Positions 53,222 to 64,000 of a stretch of DNA of 64,000 bases are shown here, one piece after another; the first letter of the stretch is position 1, and the number at the start of each line of letters is the position of its first letter. The translations under genes were made by a program, and so were the position numbers. Below the pieces are notes generated by a model. The model made no database searches. It was given only the letters and a program-made list of their open reading frames with translations, and had not been told where the DNA came from. This stretch comes from Camelus ferus (taxonomy: Eukaryota), in assembly GCF_009834535.1 (NCBI RefSeq), contig NC_045697.1:33482001-33546000 (forward strand), in the 5' to 3' direction.

Positions 53222-55826
53222 GCCTAACAGAGTTTATTGATCAGTTCAAGCTCCAACACCTGGTGTCAGAGATTAGCTAGGACCCAGTCTTTATATCTCT
53301 GCTCAAAACGTTTCCCACTGGGGTCCACCAACCCCAGTGATGGCTTCTTGGTCTTCACATTCTGCCCAGTGGGTTTGTGCAAGCTCCAAGACAACTGGTA
53401 GGCTCTGCAGTGTGACACCATATCTTTTCAGAGAATCTAAAACAACGTGTCAGAGCACACCTTGGAGAGGTGTCTCAAAAACCAGCCTGAAAGGAAGCAC
53501 AAGACTTCTCCATTGCTTATCCAGCTCCTGAACATAAAATTTTAAACAGTCAAGAAGTCTAGGATACACAACTCTTTCAATAAGTTGAGCTCTATTTGTT
53601 TATAAGGTCTTATAAGGTCTTAATGGAACTGAAATAATTAATGGCTAGATGCAAGCAAAGAACAGGCAATGCCTTGAGGGAGCAGACCAGTGGAGGGATA
53701 ATATAGATTAAAGAGGTCCAGGGTTTCTACCAGGAAAAGAGGATGGTCAAAAATAGACTCTGGTACACACAGAAAAAGGAGTGAATATAGGTAATAATTG
53801 ATTAAAAGAAGTATGCATTCATAGACAGGTCCAATGGATGAATTAACATTAAAATCTAATTTTAGAGTAGGATTGAACAAGACTGAGAACTGTTCCTGTT
53901 CTCTGATATGTTCAAAATAAATCACATATACACAAAAACAAACAAAAATCATGGATTTAGTGGCAGTACCAGAGTTTAGGAAGGTGGCACCTCTTTCTGA
54001 GACAGTAAGAGTAGATTACTTTTCTTTGATTTGAGGTCACACATTGGTGGTCCTGGTATGCAGGCTTGAGATGATACCAAGAATGGTTTTCAAAAGTCTT
54101 CCAACATTGTTCAAGACCTGACTGACTTTTCCTTCTATCCTTATTCATTTGGTTTTGCATTACAAAAAGAGGCAAATCTTTTTATGTGCCTGGTTTTTAT
54201 AAAGTTCTGTTGGGAAAAGGGCATGGTTTAAAACGTCTCTTCAGTTTTACATCCTCATATCTACACACTGTGTCCAGGCATAAAGAAAAGTATACCAAAA
54301 AATGTTTTGCCTTTCTCAGAATAAAATATTCTATACACTGAAAGTCTTATGAAATCAAAAACTTTGAGGCATCTGGATAAGCCATCAACTCTGACATGAC
54401 CTTTTTCCTCATGAGTTTAATGTTCCATTATTTTTAAATATGCTTGTTTCACTCTATATTCAGCTGAGCAAATCTTAGATCACTTTTTCTCATCTCAATA
54501 ATGCATGGAATGTTTTATAGTTCCATACATACAGAGCAGTCTGAAATACAGAAAAGGAGGAAATTGCATATCCTCATCATACAGTATGTATACAGTTTGT
54601 GACCATTTGTCTTGTGGCCAAGAATCAAATGAAATTACTTTTTAAGTTGCCTTTTACAGAAGTACCATTTTTCTAATTCTTCTTAAAGTAAGTCAGATTC
54701 TATTTTTTTGGAAATTAAAAATGAAATTTCTAATCTTTCCTTTGCAATAGCCCTTAAACAATAACTGTTGAAACCTCTTTTTACTCAATTACACCAGGAG
54801 CTTAATAAATTTAACATTTCTTGTGGAACTCTTATCTCTCCTTTATGTTTTTAAAAATACAAAATTCACAAACCTTGCAATGCAACTTAAGTTTTCGCTC
54901 ACTTGTTTATTTCAAATGTAGCTTTTCTTTCATAATAGCTAAACATTTGAAAATTGTTCACAATTACTTCCCTTATAATTTCAAACCCCAAATGATTGCT
55001 TTTTGTCTCCCAAATGTATTTCAAAATTGGCTATGTGTTGAGTGAGTCAGAGTACTGTAGCACAATTGGCTAGACCTTTGCATAAACACATGATTTTTGT
55101 AATTAGATTTCTAATTCCACTTTCCCCTTGTCATTATCCACCAATTGCAACACAGTTTTTTCATTTCATAACCTTTGTCCCGGGGGATATGGCCATTTCA
55201 AATTCTATCGCAATTTTTTTTTTACTGCTAAAATGTCATTGTTTTCCTTTTACTTTTATGTTAAATTCTAATTATTACTATTTATTTCTTTTTTAAAAAT
55301 ATGTATCCAAGGATACTTGTCCTAAGCCTGGAATTTCTGTGTTCTAGCTACATAACTTAGTCTTTTGGAAATCTACTAGTGATGGCTCTGGTACTCTCTT
55401 TTTCAGGTGCTCTAGCTCTCCTTAGATAATTGCTCTTGGAAAAATTTAGCTCCTCCTATTATGCCTCTCTCTCTTTGTGGAAGGAAGTCATATGACACAT
55501 CTCAGACTGTCTGGGTTTTTCTATCAAAGGATAGAGTACCTGACTTATGCCTTCTTTCATCCTTGTTGATTATTTTTTTCACTTCACCAAAGAGGCAGTA
55601 TCCTTTTGTGTGCCTGGTTTCAATAAAATTCTATCAGGAAAAGGACATAGTTTAAGTCTTCTCTTAAGTTTTAGTTTCATGACCTTCGTAGCTTGTATCT
55701 TTGGGAACACGGCTCAGGGATCTTCCTGATTCCCAAAACATCTTCTTTGCTAACTCAAAGGGATGTCAATTTGAGCCTCACTCAAAATATACTGTGAGTG
55801 TATTACGGCAGCAATTAGTTTCCTTT

Positions 55827-56148
55827 TGTTGACCTAAAATGAATAGACTGCCAGGTATTTCCCCAGCAAGATGATTTTTTTTCAGGATCTGCTGAGAATT
55901 GCCATTCAGTAAGCCATATGCAATTCCTGAAAAAGGAAGGAAAACACGTTTATAGAGGGGATAAGGAAGTTGGGAGGGTTATAGGAAACAAAGAGTCCAT
56001 GGCTTTTCATTTGGCAGAGTCATTGCCAGGAAAAATGGGAGCCTTTTTCTTCCTGTTGGGCTCTGCTATCAATGCAGGGCATGAGAGGTACCACTCCTTG
56101 TCTCCTAACTGTATTTAATTTGGGTTTCTTTTAATTAATATTTTTACA
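55827..56148 (-). mobile_element. ERV1-like solo LTR (322 bp)
   Basis: TG...CA termini (tgttgacc...tttttaca) with exact 4-bp TSD cttt/cttt; strand inferred. Confidence 0.7.
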
Positions 56149-58153
56149 CTTTTCAGAGTTTTAGAATATAATGTCTTCAATCAAAGTGAAATATTTTAAG
56201 AATAACTAATCAAATGACAAATAGAAGCACTGGCTTTGGGTAACCTTCAATCATACATAATTAAATTCATTAGAAAATTAGATAAATCTACATCTTATTC
56301 TTTATACCAAATGATTGGAAGTTTCCTAGTCATCATGTATCTCTAGGTAAATGAAAACCAACTGCCCACAGCAAATGGAAAGAAGCAATTTTCCAGCACT
56401 ATTTTGAGAATTTGAAGAATAAGGATTCACGTCTTAATTTACTTCTATGTTAGTTCCTAACAGAGTGCCTGGCACACAAAAACTACGTTTGTTGAATTTA
56501 AGCCAACATTACTTATGTCTTGAAATTAATGATCCCTTAACTTAGATGATACGACTTTTTGCAGATATTAATTATGTTTAGAACTTTGTGCTATAGTTTC
56601 TGCACATAATTCCCAGTGGTTTTTAACACTATAAATTCACCATGCAAGTAAGATAGCAATGGAGAGAGAGAAATATGGAGCAGATGTTTTGCTTAACAGT
56701 TCTTCCCTCAACAAATAAAGATGTGCACCACAAGTGAGACCTTAAAGATATAAAACTGCTTATATATGACTTTTAAAACATTACATTTAACTGAAAGTTT
56801 AGCATTCAGCCAAAATTTCAATGTATTTTTGTTAACTAAAAGACATTTTTTACATTAAATCCTATTAAAGAATTCATCACAACAGTATTATCTTTCTTTT
56901 CAGTCACTCTTCCATATTTTTACCCCAGTATATTTTAGATTTCACATGAGACACCTGTCTTGGTATTTGAGCATGCTTACAAAATTTTAAGCCTCAGTGA
57001 ATTTTCTCAGTGATTTTTAAAATACTCTGGAAGAATGGAAATCTTTCATTTCAGCAGTTTGAATGATGTAGCAATAACAATCTCCATAGGAGGGTTAAAG
57101 AAGCGATGAACTGCAAAGCATGAACTCAGATGGTTGGACTTGGAAATCAAAAGGGCTCAGTTTTGAAATGCAATATAGCTACTCATATTCTAGTTCAAAT
57201 AGAAATGTAACAGTTATGACATTACTCGACATTTATTAATCAAATGACATGCAACACAATTAATCATAGAAAGACTCTCAGTGCTGGGTTATTTTAGACT
57301 GTATCTCATTTAACAATCCCCAAACTGGGAAGAAACCATGGTTCAAACAGGTTAAGTAATTTGATCAAAGGCACCAAGCCAATAACAACAGAAGTGAGAC
57401 ATAAGTGTAGACCTGATTCAAAAATGAAGTTCTTTCCACTGCATCATGTAATCTTTCAATTAGAACATATGCAAATGTCATAATTTTTGCCTTTTCAACT
57501 CCACATAAAAGCCCTGGACTGAACTCAGGAACTATGAATTGCAGTAAGTGCTCTGCTAGAATTTGTTTGACACTGAGTTAAGTTAATTCATATCTTAGCA
57601 GTTTCCTCATCTGAAAAATGAGCTCCTTAACTCTCTAAGGACTTTGAAGATTTTATCCACCTGCAACAAGATGTATTGAAATATTGGAGAGGTAAGGTGA
57701 CACAAATAATGACAAAAGAAAAAAGGACACTTTATAATGCAATTAAAGATAAATTAAATTTTTTCAGGGAAAACTGTAAATATTTAATTTTATTCACTAT
57801 TCATATCAAAACTCAAAAATTTTCCTTAAACATTAAAGTCTTTTCTTTGATATGTATGTTCATAATTAAAGAAATTCATAATTATTGTAAAAAACAGAAA
57901 CTCCAACAAAAGATCTTCATGTCCTCAACTTACTCATTTTCTTAATTGTCATAAAATGAATTAAGAAGTTCCGTGAAAGTACAATAATTGTAAAAGTATA
58001 TAATGACAAACTGAATTCTCCTTCTATTAGCCTTTTCCCATGATGCACGTGCATTTTTATCTTCAAGAACTGAACTTTAGGATTGTAAAGGGACCATAGT
58101 GTTGGTTATCAGAATCATTTGTGTCATATGTGTACATTCCTATAATTATAATC

Positions 58154-58330
58154 TGTGTAGTAATTAATTTGGTCTTACCCCAAAAGAGTTTTTGCCTTTG
58201 TCCTGGGCTCCTGGGAGAGAACCTCTTAAACTCAGGATTTCTCAAGTGGTAGGAATGTTTTTGTTATGTGTGGTGGGCCCCTTGAATCACACCTGATAGT
58301 TTAATACTACATAAAAGGTGACTCATGGAC
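58154..58330. mobile_element. MER21-like LTR fragment
   Basis: tgtagtaattaatttggtcttacccc...gcctttgtcctgggctcctgggag...cacacctgatagttta...ggtgactcatgg. Confidence 0.6.
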
Positions 58331-58769
58331 TGAAATAAAACAACATTTATACATTGTTTTTATGACTCTGCCTTAAATTTATTTTTCAGTTGATTGATCA
58401 TCTCTGATCATGAGTGTATCAAATAAGAAACTTTCTACTTCATAGAAGTCCATCCCTACCCCCAATATAAAAAAAAAGAAAATCACCATAATTCTAACAC
58501 CTAGAGTAAAGACAGAAACAGAGAGAAAGATAAAGACAGCAAGAGAGACAGAGAGAGACAGAGGGACTGGCTTGTATATTTGAATTCAAATATAGACTAT
58601 ATCCCAATGTAAAATGGACATACTAAGCTTATAACACATCAGTGATGTCATCCTTTCATGCTACATGAAAGGCAATTCATTTGGTGCCTGGGGATTTTGA
58701 AGATGAGTAATATACAGTACCTTACTTTGCAAAACAAATCTGATATCAAAGATTTAAAAAAAAATACTC

Positions 58770-59530
58770 TATTCATTTAATGAAATGATTTGAATGTCTA
58801 CTATGTGCTTTGTTCATCTTATCACTGCAGATAGGGCAATAAAGAAGACAGACAGACATGAAGGAGACCAACAAGGATCATATAAATAAATGAACAAGAA
58901 TAATATTCATGGTGGTTACTATTATGAAGAAAATATAATAAAAATAAATAGAGTACAACAAAAGAGAGTAACTGGCTTGCTACTCTAGATCAGATGAAGA
59001 GATAAGCAGAATTTGCCACCCTAAAATGTGCCTCTTTGTCATAAAGATCATTTTTCCTAGTTATTTTTAATAAACTGCAGGCACTGGAGAAGCTCTGAAA
59101 ACCAAGAGGAAGTTACCCTTTGTAACGGACACTTAACGTTTGTAAGGGAAATCATCATTTGTGACGGTGTCCCCCTCATCTCTGCCAGGAAAAGTGGGAG
59201 GACTCAGTCTTTAGAAACTCAACACTAGAGAAAACAAAGACTCCATTTTGCATTCATCTAGAAGGGTTATTTTTATGTTGACTTTCGAATGAGAAGCAGC
59301 TAGCAGCCAGGCCAAGAACTGGGAAGGAATATTCCAGACAGAATAAATAGCTAGTGCAAATTCCATAGAGTAGGAACAAGCTTAACATGGTTGATAAAGA
59401 GAAAGTCAGTAAGGCTAGAGTATTATCAACCAGTGCGCGAGTGTATGAGATGATGCCTGAGTAGTGAGAGACCCAGATCAAGTGGAGAGTTTGCTTGTGA
59501 AATGTCATGGGGAGCCCACAGAGGGCATGG
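58770..59530 (-). mobile_element. L2 fragment, interrupted by an LTR piece
   Basis: attcatttaatgaaatgatttgaatgtctactatgtgc (antisense 3' end); ggaatattccagacagaataaatagc after the insert. Confidence 0.65.
59000..59255 (+). mobile_element. MER34-like ERV1 LTR 5' fragment
   Basis: agcagaatttgccaccctaaaatgtgcctctttgtcataa matches the start of the LTR at 62919. Confidence 0.7.
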
Positions 59531-59559
59531 AGGGCATGGCATTTCAATAGCTTTTAAAA

Positions 59560-60330
59560 TTGCCACGCTATTTTAGGGTTTTCTCTTCTGTTTTTGTCTT
59601 TGTTTTTATTCTTTCTTCTCTTTGCATTTCAGTTTGGGAAGTTTCTCATGCCCTATCTTTCAGCTCACTAATTCTTTCCTTACCTATGTCCAATCTACTG
59701 ATGAACCCATCCAAAAGTAAATTGGTTTCTTTTATTGTGCTTTTGATTTATGACATGCTTTTGGTTCTTTGTTCGGATCACCATATCTCTGCTTATTTCT
59801 CTTCTATTCTTGCATACTTTTTCCATGAGCGCCCTTAACGTATTAAGCACAGATATTTTAAATTCACAGTCTGCTAATTCAAACATCTGTGTCATATCTG
59901 AGGCTGGTTCTGATGATTGCTTTGTCTTTTCACTTTTCTTTTTACTTTGTGTGTGTGTGTGAGTTTTGCAGCCCTTTGATTTTTTGGTTGTTATTGAAAG
60001 CTAAATGCCTTATATCAGATAATAGGACCTAAGATACATAGGCCTTATGTTAATCTGGCTAGGAGTTGGACTATGTTTAATGTTTGCTGTAGCCATGGAT
60101 GCCAAGTCTTCAAATTCCTGTAGTGTCTTTGTTTTGTCTCACTATTATCTTTCAGCTTTCCTAAGTAAGCATTCTTCCTTAAAGAGAGTTCACATTTTTC
60201 AGCTTTTTAGCTTCAATGCATTGTTATTATACAGAAGCCCTATGGTTTGACCATAATATGTGGGGAAGAGAAAGCAGCCTATAATCTTATGAGTAAATCT
60301 CAGTCTTTTAGTAGGCCTGTGGTACTGCGC
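59560..60330 (-). mobile_element. Ancient L1 5' region with ORF1 remnant
   Basis: ORF 59695..59895 MTQMFELADCEFKISVLNTLRALMEKV...EISRDMVIRTKNQK resembles the ORF1p coiled-coil start of old L1M subfamilies. Confidence 0.75.
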
Positions 60331-60486
60331 TATGACAATCTCCAGGTCCATCCACGTTCCTGTAAATGGCATTATTTTATTCTTTTTTATGGCTGAGTAG
60401 CATTCCATTGTATAAATATACTACAGCTTCTTTATCCGATCATCTGTCAATGGATATTTAAATTGTTTCTATGGCTATTGTAAATT
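60331..60486 (-). mobile_element. Younger L1 ORF2-end fragment
   Basis: ORF 60199..60408 begins MECYSAIKKNKIMPFTGTWMDLEIVI, the ORF2 C-terminus. Confidence 0.85.
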
Positions 60487-60489
60487 CCA

Positions 60490-61765
60490 CTTTGAATAAA
60501 TTTCTTCTCCTGGCTTTAAAGATACCATAATCTCTAAGTTTCCTCCCATATCACTGGTGGGTTTTTTTCAGTTTCTTTAATTTGTTCCTCCTCGTCTGCC
60601 TAACATTGTGGTGTTGGAATGCTCCAAATTTCAGCACTAGAACTCTTCTCTTCTCTTCTCTGTCAAGACTGCTCCCTTAATGATGTCATCTATGAATTCA
60701 GAACTGCTAAATTTCTATCTCAAGGCTTGACCTCTCTCTGAAACTCCAAAATTGTAGGACTCAACTTCCTACTCTGCATCTCTACTGAGATACCTTAATA
60801 CCCTTTTCAAATTTAACCATGTCCGAAAATGGATGCCTGATAGTCTTCTCCCCAATTTTCTCCACCTATAGTTTGTCTCATCTCACTTAATGACCATCCC
60901 TATTTTCCTTAACACATCCTGATGTCCTCCTTATCTCTCATACCTCACATATAATTGTCAGAAACTTGTCTCTATCTTCAGAATATTTTAAGAAACTGAT
61001 AAATTCTCACTATCTCCAGTGCTGCCACACTGCTCCAAAGTCTCACTACATGAAACTGGGTTATTACAATACTCTTCTAACCAGTCTTTCTCTTCCTACT
61101 ATTGATTCCCCTTCCCTAGTCTATCAAAATAGCAATCAGAGTTATTCTATTAAAGACAAAAAGCACATTGTGTCTCTCCAATGCTCAAAACCCTTCAATG
61201 GATTTCCATCTCAGTCAACAGCAAAAGCCAAAGTTCTTACAAGAAATAAAAAAAAATAAAATAAAAATAAACTTCTAAACAATCTGGCATCCCACTGTCC
61301 ATCTGACCTAACCCCCTCAGCACTCTCCCCATTGATTGCTTCATCCCAGCCACACTGACACACCTTGCTGTTTCTTGAACACTTCCAGGCTTTGATCTTT
61401 CTATTGGTATAACCCTCTCTCAAGAATGACTTTCCCCAATTAACTGCATGGCTAAAAACTTCACCTCCTTCAAATCTATCTAAAATATTACTTTATCACT
61501 AAAACCATCCCATATCATCTCATTTAACCTCTCTTTCCACCTAGCACTTCATGCCCCCCTTTACTGCTTTTTTCTCCATAGCACTTACTACATCTATCTA
61601 TATCTGTATAATTAATATGTTTATTTTATGTCTCACAGCAATTAGAATATAACCTCCACAAGAGTAAGAAAGTTTTTTTTTTCTGTTCTGTTTTTTTTGC
61701 TATAGTCACAACACCTAGAACAATGCCTGCTTCAAGTAAGCATTCAGCAAATATTTATTGAATCA
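60490..61765 (+). mobile_element. L2 (L2a-like), ~1.3 kb
   Basis: Continuous L2 motifs ending tagaacaatgcctgc...cagcaaatatttattgaat. Confidence 0.8.
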
Positions 61766-62918
61766 CTGAGTCTTCCTTGTCCTTCCAATTCTCATTGCCA
61801 TAGTCCTGGCTTAGACCCTCATTAAGTCTTTCTTGGCCTTTTGCAATCATCTTCTAACTTGCCACTCTGTGTTATGTTCCAAACTGCCAAAACCTATTAT
61901 TTCTTAAAGAATCCTTTCCGAAGTGTATCTCTGCTCACACTTTTGTGCTCAGAGCCGTCACTGACTCCCCGCTGTCAAAGATAGTTCTTTCCAAACACTG
62001 AAGTGAAAGAGCATCACTCAGTTCTTCAAACTGTAGAATCTCCGGTTCCATCCAAAACCTTTTAAATAAGAATCTTTAGGCCAAGGTATCTATATTTTTT
62101 AAAATAAAATAAAATGTGAGGCGTAACACATTTCAAGTCTCACAAGGCCCAGAAATCCTAGGGAAGCCTCCAAGATAACTCAGAAATTTGACCTCAGCTT
62201 ACCTTTCTAGTCTTTTCTTTCTTTCTCTCTTCCACTTTAACTACCCAATGTAAGTATAGGTAGCTAAGTAAAGTGTGGCAGAGGATTATAGATAGAGATT
62301 GTAAAAAAAGTACAGAAAGTATAGAAGCTAATTTTAAAAATAAAAACAGGAAAAAGAAGCTTGTTTTTCTAGAAATAGAAAATCATCCATGATCTTTAAT
62401 ACTTATTTTGTCTGATTCACTAACTCTAAAGAGATGATTAGTTTAAAATTTTTATTTGGTGGAAAAAGTATGTTCCCCATTACAAATTATGATTATGGCC
62501 AATACTGAAACTTGGTTAAAGTCAACTTATTTTAAAACTTCACAAAAAAGCTTTCTTTAATGAAAGGGTTTTATTCTTTGGTGTGATTAATCACTCCCAA
62601 TCACCAACCGCTAAATAGTTAAATTTTAGATGGTGAAAAACAGAAGGTATGTCATCACATTTATCCCATTGTTAAAAACTGATTAGTAATGTAAGTTTAA
62701 AACTTAATTTTAAGATAGAAAAATCTATGTATTTCTAAGTTTGAAGCTTCCCATAGGAATTATGAAAGCTTTTAATAAGAGAGTCGTAACCAGATAAAAC
62801 TCGATGATATTAGTAGGCTTACACATAGAAGATTTAAATTGTGTATTCTATAAGAATTATTAGTATTATAACACAATATTAGTATGAAGTATCAAGGTAA
62901 GATATTCATCATAAAACT

Positions 62919-63458
62919 TGTAGGGGAGCAGAATTTGCCACCCCAAAATGTCTCTTTGGCATGAGGATTAATTTAGGCTGATTATTTCTGAGGAACAGAA
63001 GACTCAGGAAGTCTTTCTTTTGCTTAAAGAATTGAGATAAAGGGCCTGTTTCAGAACAGAGCTATCACCAGAGAGACCTGCAAAGAATGTGGGCCAGGAG
63101 TGGTGAGGCAGATTTGGCAGGTTCTAAACATCAAGTCCATTCTGTGTCCCATCACCTCTGCATGGACCAGGAAACATTTATTTACTAAACATTTGCTTTC
63201 CATCTTCATTGCCTTCCTCCCCTCTGAAGTCTCAAGCCACTATCTGCAATATCCTCTTTTCCCTTTAGCTGAAGATGACATTTAAGGTGAAGATTTCAGC
63301 TATTTGGGCAAGTAACTAAGTTTTGTGGGTCTCTCCCACGTTACATGTTGTTAAACTTTTATTTGATTTTCTCCTGTTAATCTGTCTCATGTCAATTTCA
63401 TTCTTAGACCAGGCAGAAGAACTTAGAAGGGTAGAGGAAAATTGCTTTCTGTCCAGCA
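62919..63458 (+). mobile_element. ERV1 solo LTR (MER34-like)
   Basis: tgtaggggagcagaatttgccacccc...ttctgtccagca; TG...CA termini, flanks aact / aaca. Confidence 0.8.
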
Positions 63459-64000
63459 AACACAAGGCACTCCTGATGAACCAAGTATGTATGATTTCTC
63501 CTAGGAAGTCCTGACTACTTCCCTCCATATGAAATACTATCTCACTGCAGGAAACATTTTGCTCCCTCCATGGATTCTGCACTTTGCTTCCTGTTACTTG
63601 CAATTCCATCAATGTATGTTTAAATTTTAATCCCATTCTTAAGAGGCCATTTATTTCCTTGTTAGTATTCCCTTTATAATCTGGGTATTTTGTCAGCACA
63701 TGAATCACCAGCTCTACTTCTTGTTATGGCTCAGCCAATCTGGCTTCCTTTGAGAATGCTTAGAAAAATCATTTGCCTATAGTATCCACCAGCCTTTATA
63801 TTTTAACTCCACTGTCAGAATTCTTGAAGAGGTCTTTCCATATGACATGTGCCCATGTATTATCTAACCATAGACAATTGAACAACTCACAAACCATTGG
63901 TTCAAGACATTTTGCCCACAGGTTGGGCCACCCATTAGCTTTCTTTCCTTGGAATTTGAAATTTGAAAACTGAGACTGAGATATTAGTTAACAAAGGAAG

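Noticed and set aside
254..53621. Short tandem duplications (254-310, 35787-35811, ~53600-53621)
   Set aside because: Ordinary slippage-type micro-duplications with no higher-order structure.
559..63973. The short ORFs (60-193 aa) in the ORF track as host genes
   Set aside because: The recognisable ones are L1 ORF1/ORF2 remnants or their antisense. The rest use non-ATG starts, lie in repeats or show no domain-like character, as expected by chance.
1..64000. NUMT, processed pseudogene or non-retroviral endogenous viral element
   Set aside because: None recognised by eye. A blastx against viral and host proteins would be needed to exclude heavily decayed copies.

Overview
AT-rich, CpG-depleted mammalian nuclear DNA, probably camelid (Camelus/Vicugna/Lama). 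That assignment rests on two short tRNA-Ala-like SINEs of the Vic-1 type, cetartiodactyl-type L1 3' ends, and no recognisable Bov-tA/BovB, PRE1, Alu or B1/B2 elements. I see no intact protein-coding gene, RNA gene or CRISPR array. The recognisable ORFs are decayed LINE-1 ORF1/ORF2 pieces and the rest look like chance ORFs. The window is intergenic or deep-intronic and layered with retroelements (L1 of several ages, L2, MIR, MaLR/ERVL/ERV1 LTRs) and hAT DNA transposon fossils. The most notable structures are: a near full-length (~2.66 kb) Charlie7-like hAT fossil with readable transposase motifs; an old L1 whose 5' and 3' ends are joined across a multi-kb deletion inside one TSD pair; a degraded two-LTR MLT1J-like provirus; and a ~125 bp CpG-retaining cluster with E2F/CTCF/GC-box-like motifs at ~46.6 kb. 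There are also a few well-formed splice-site pairs that may be non-coding exons. I found no convincing evidence of a new biological system. Repeat subfamily names come from recognition by eye and need RepeatMasker/Dfam confirmation.
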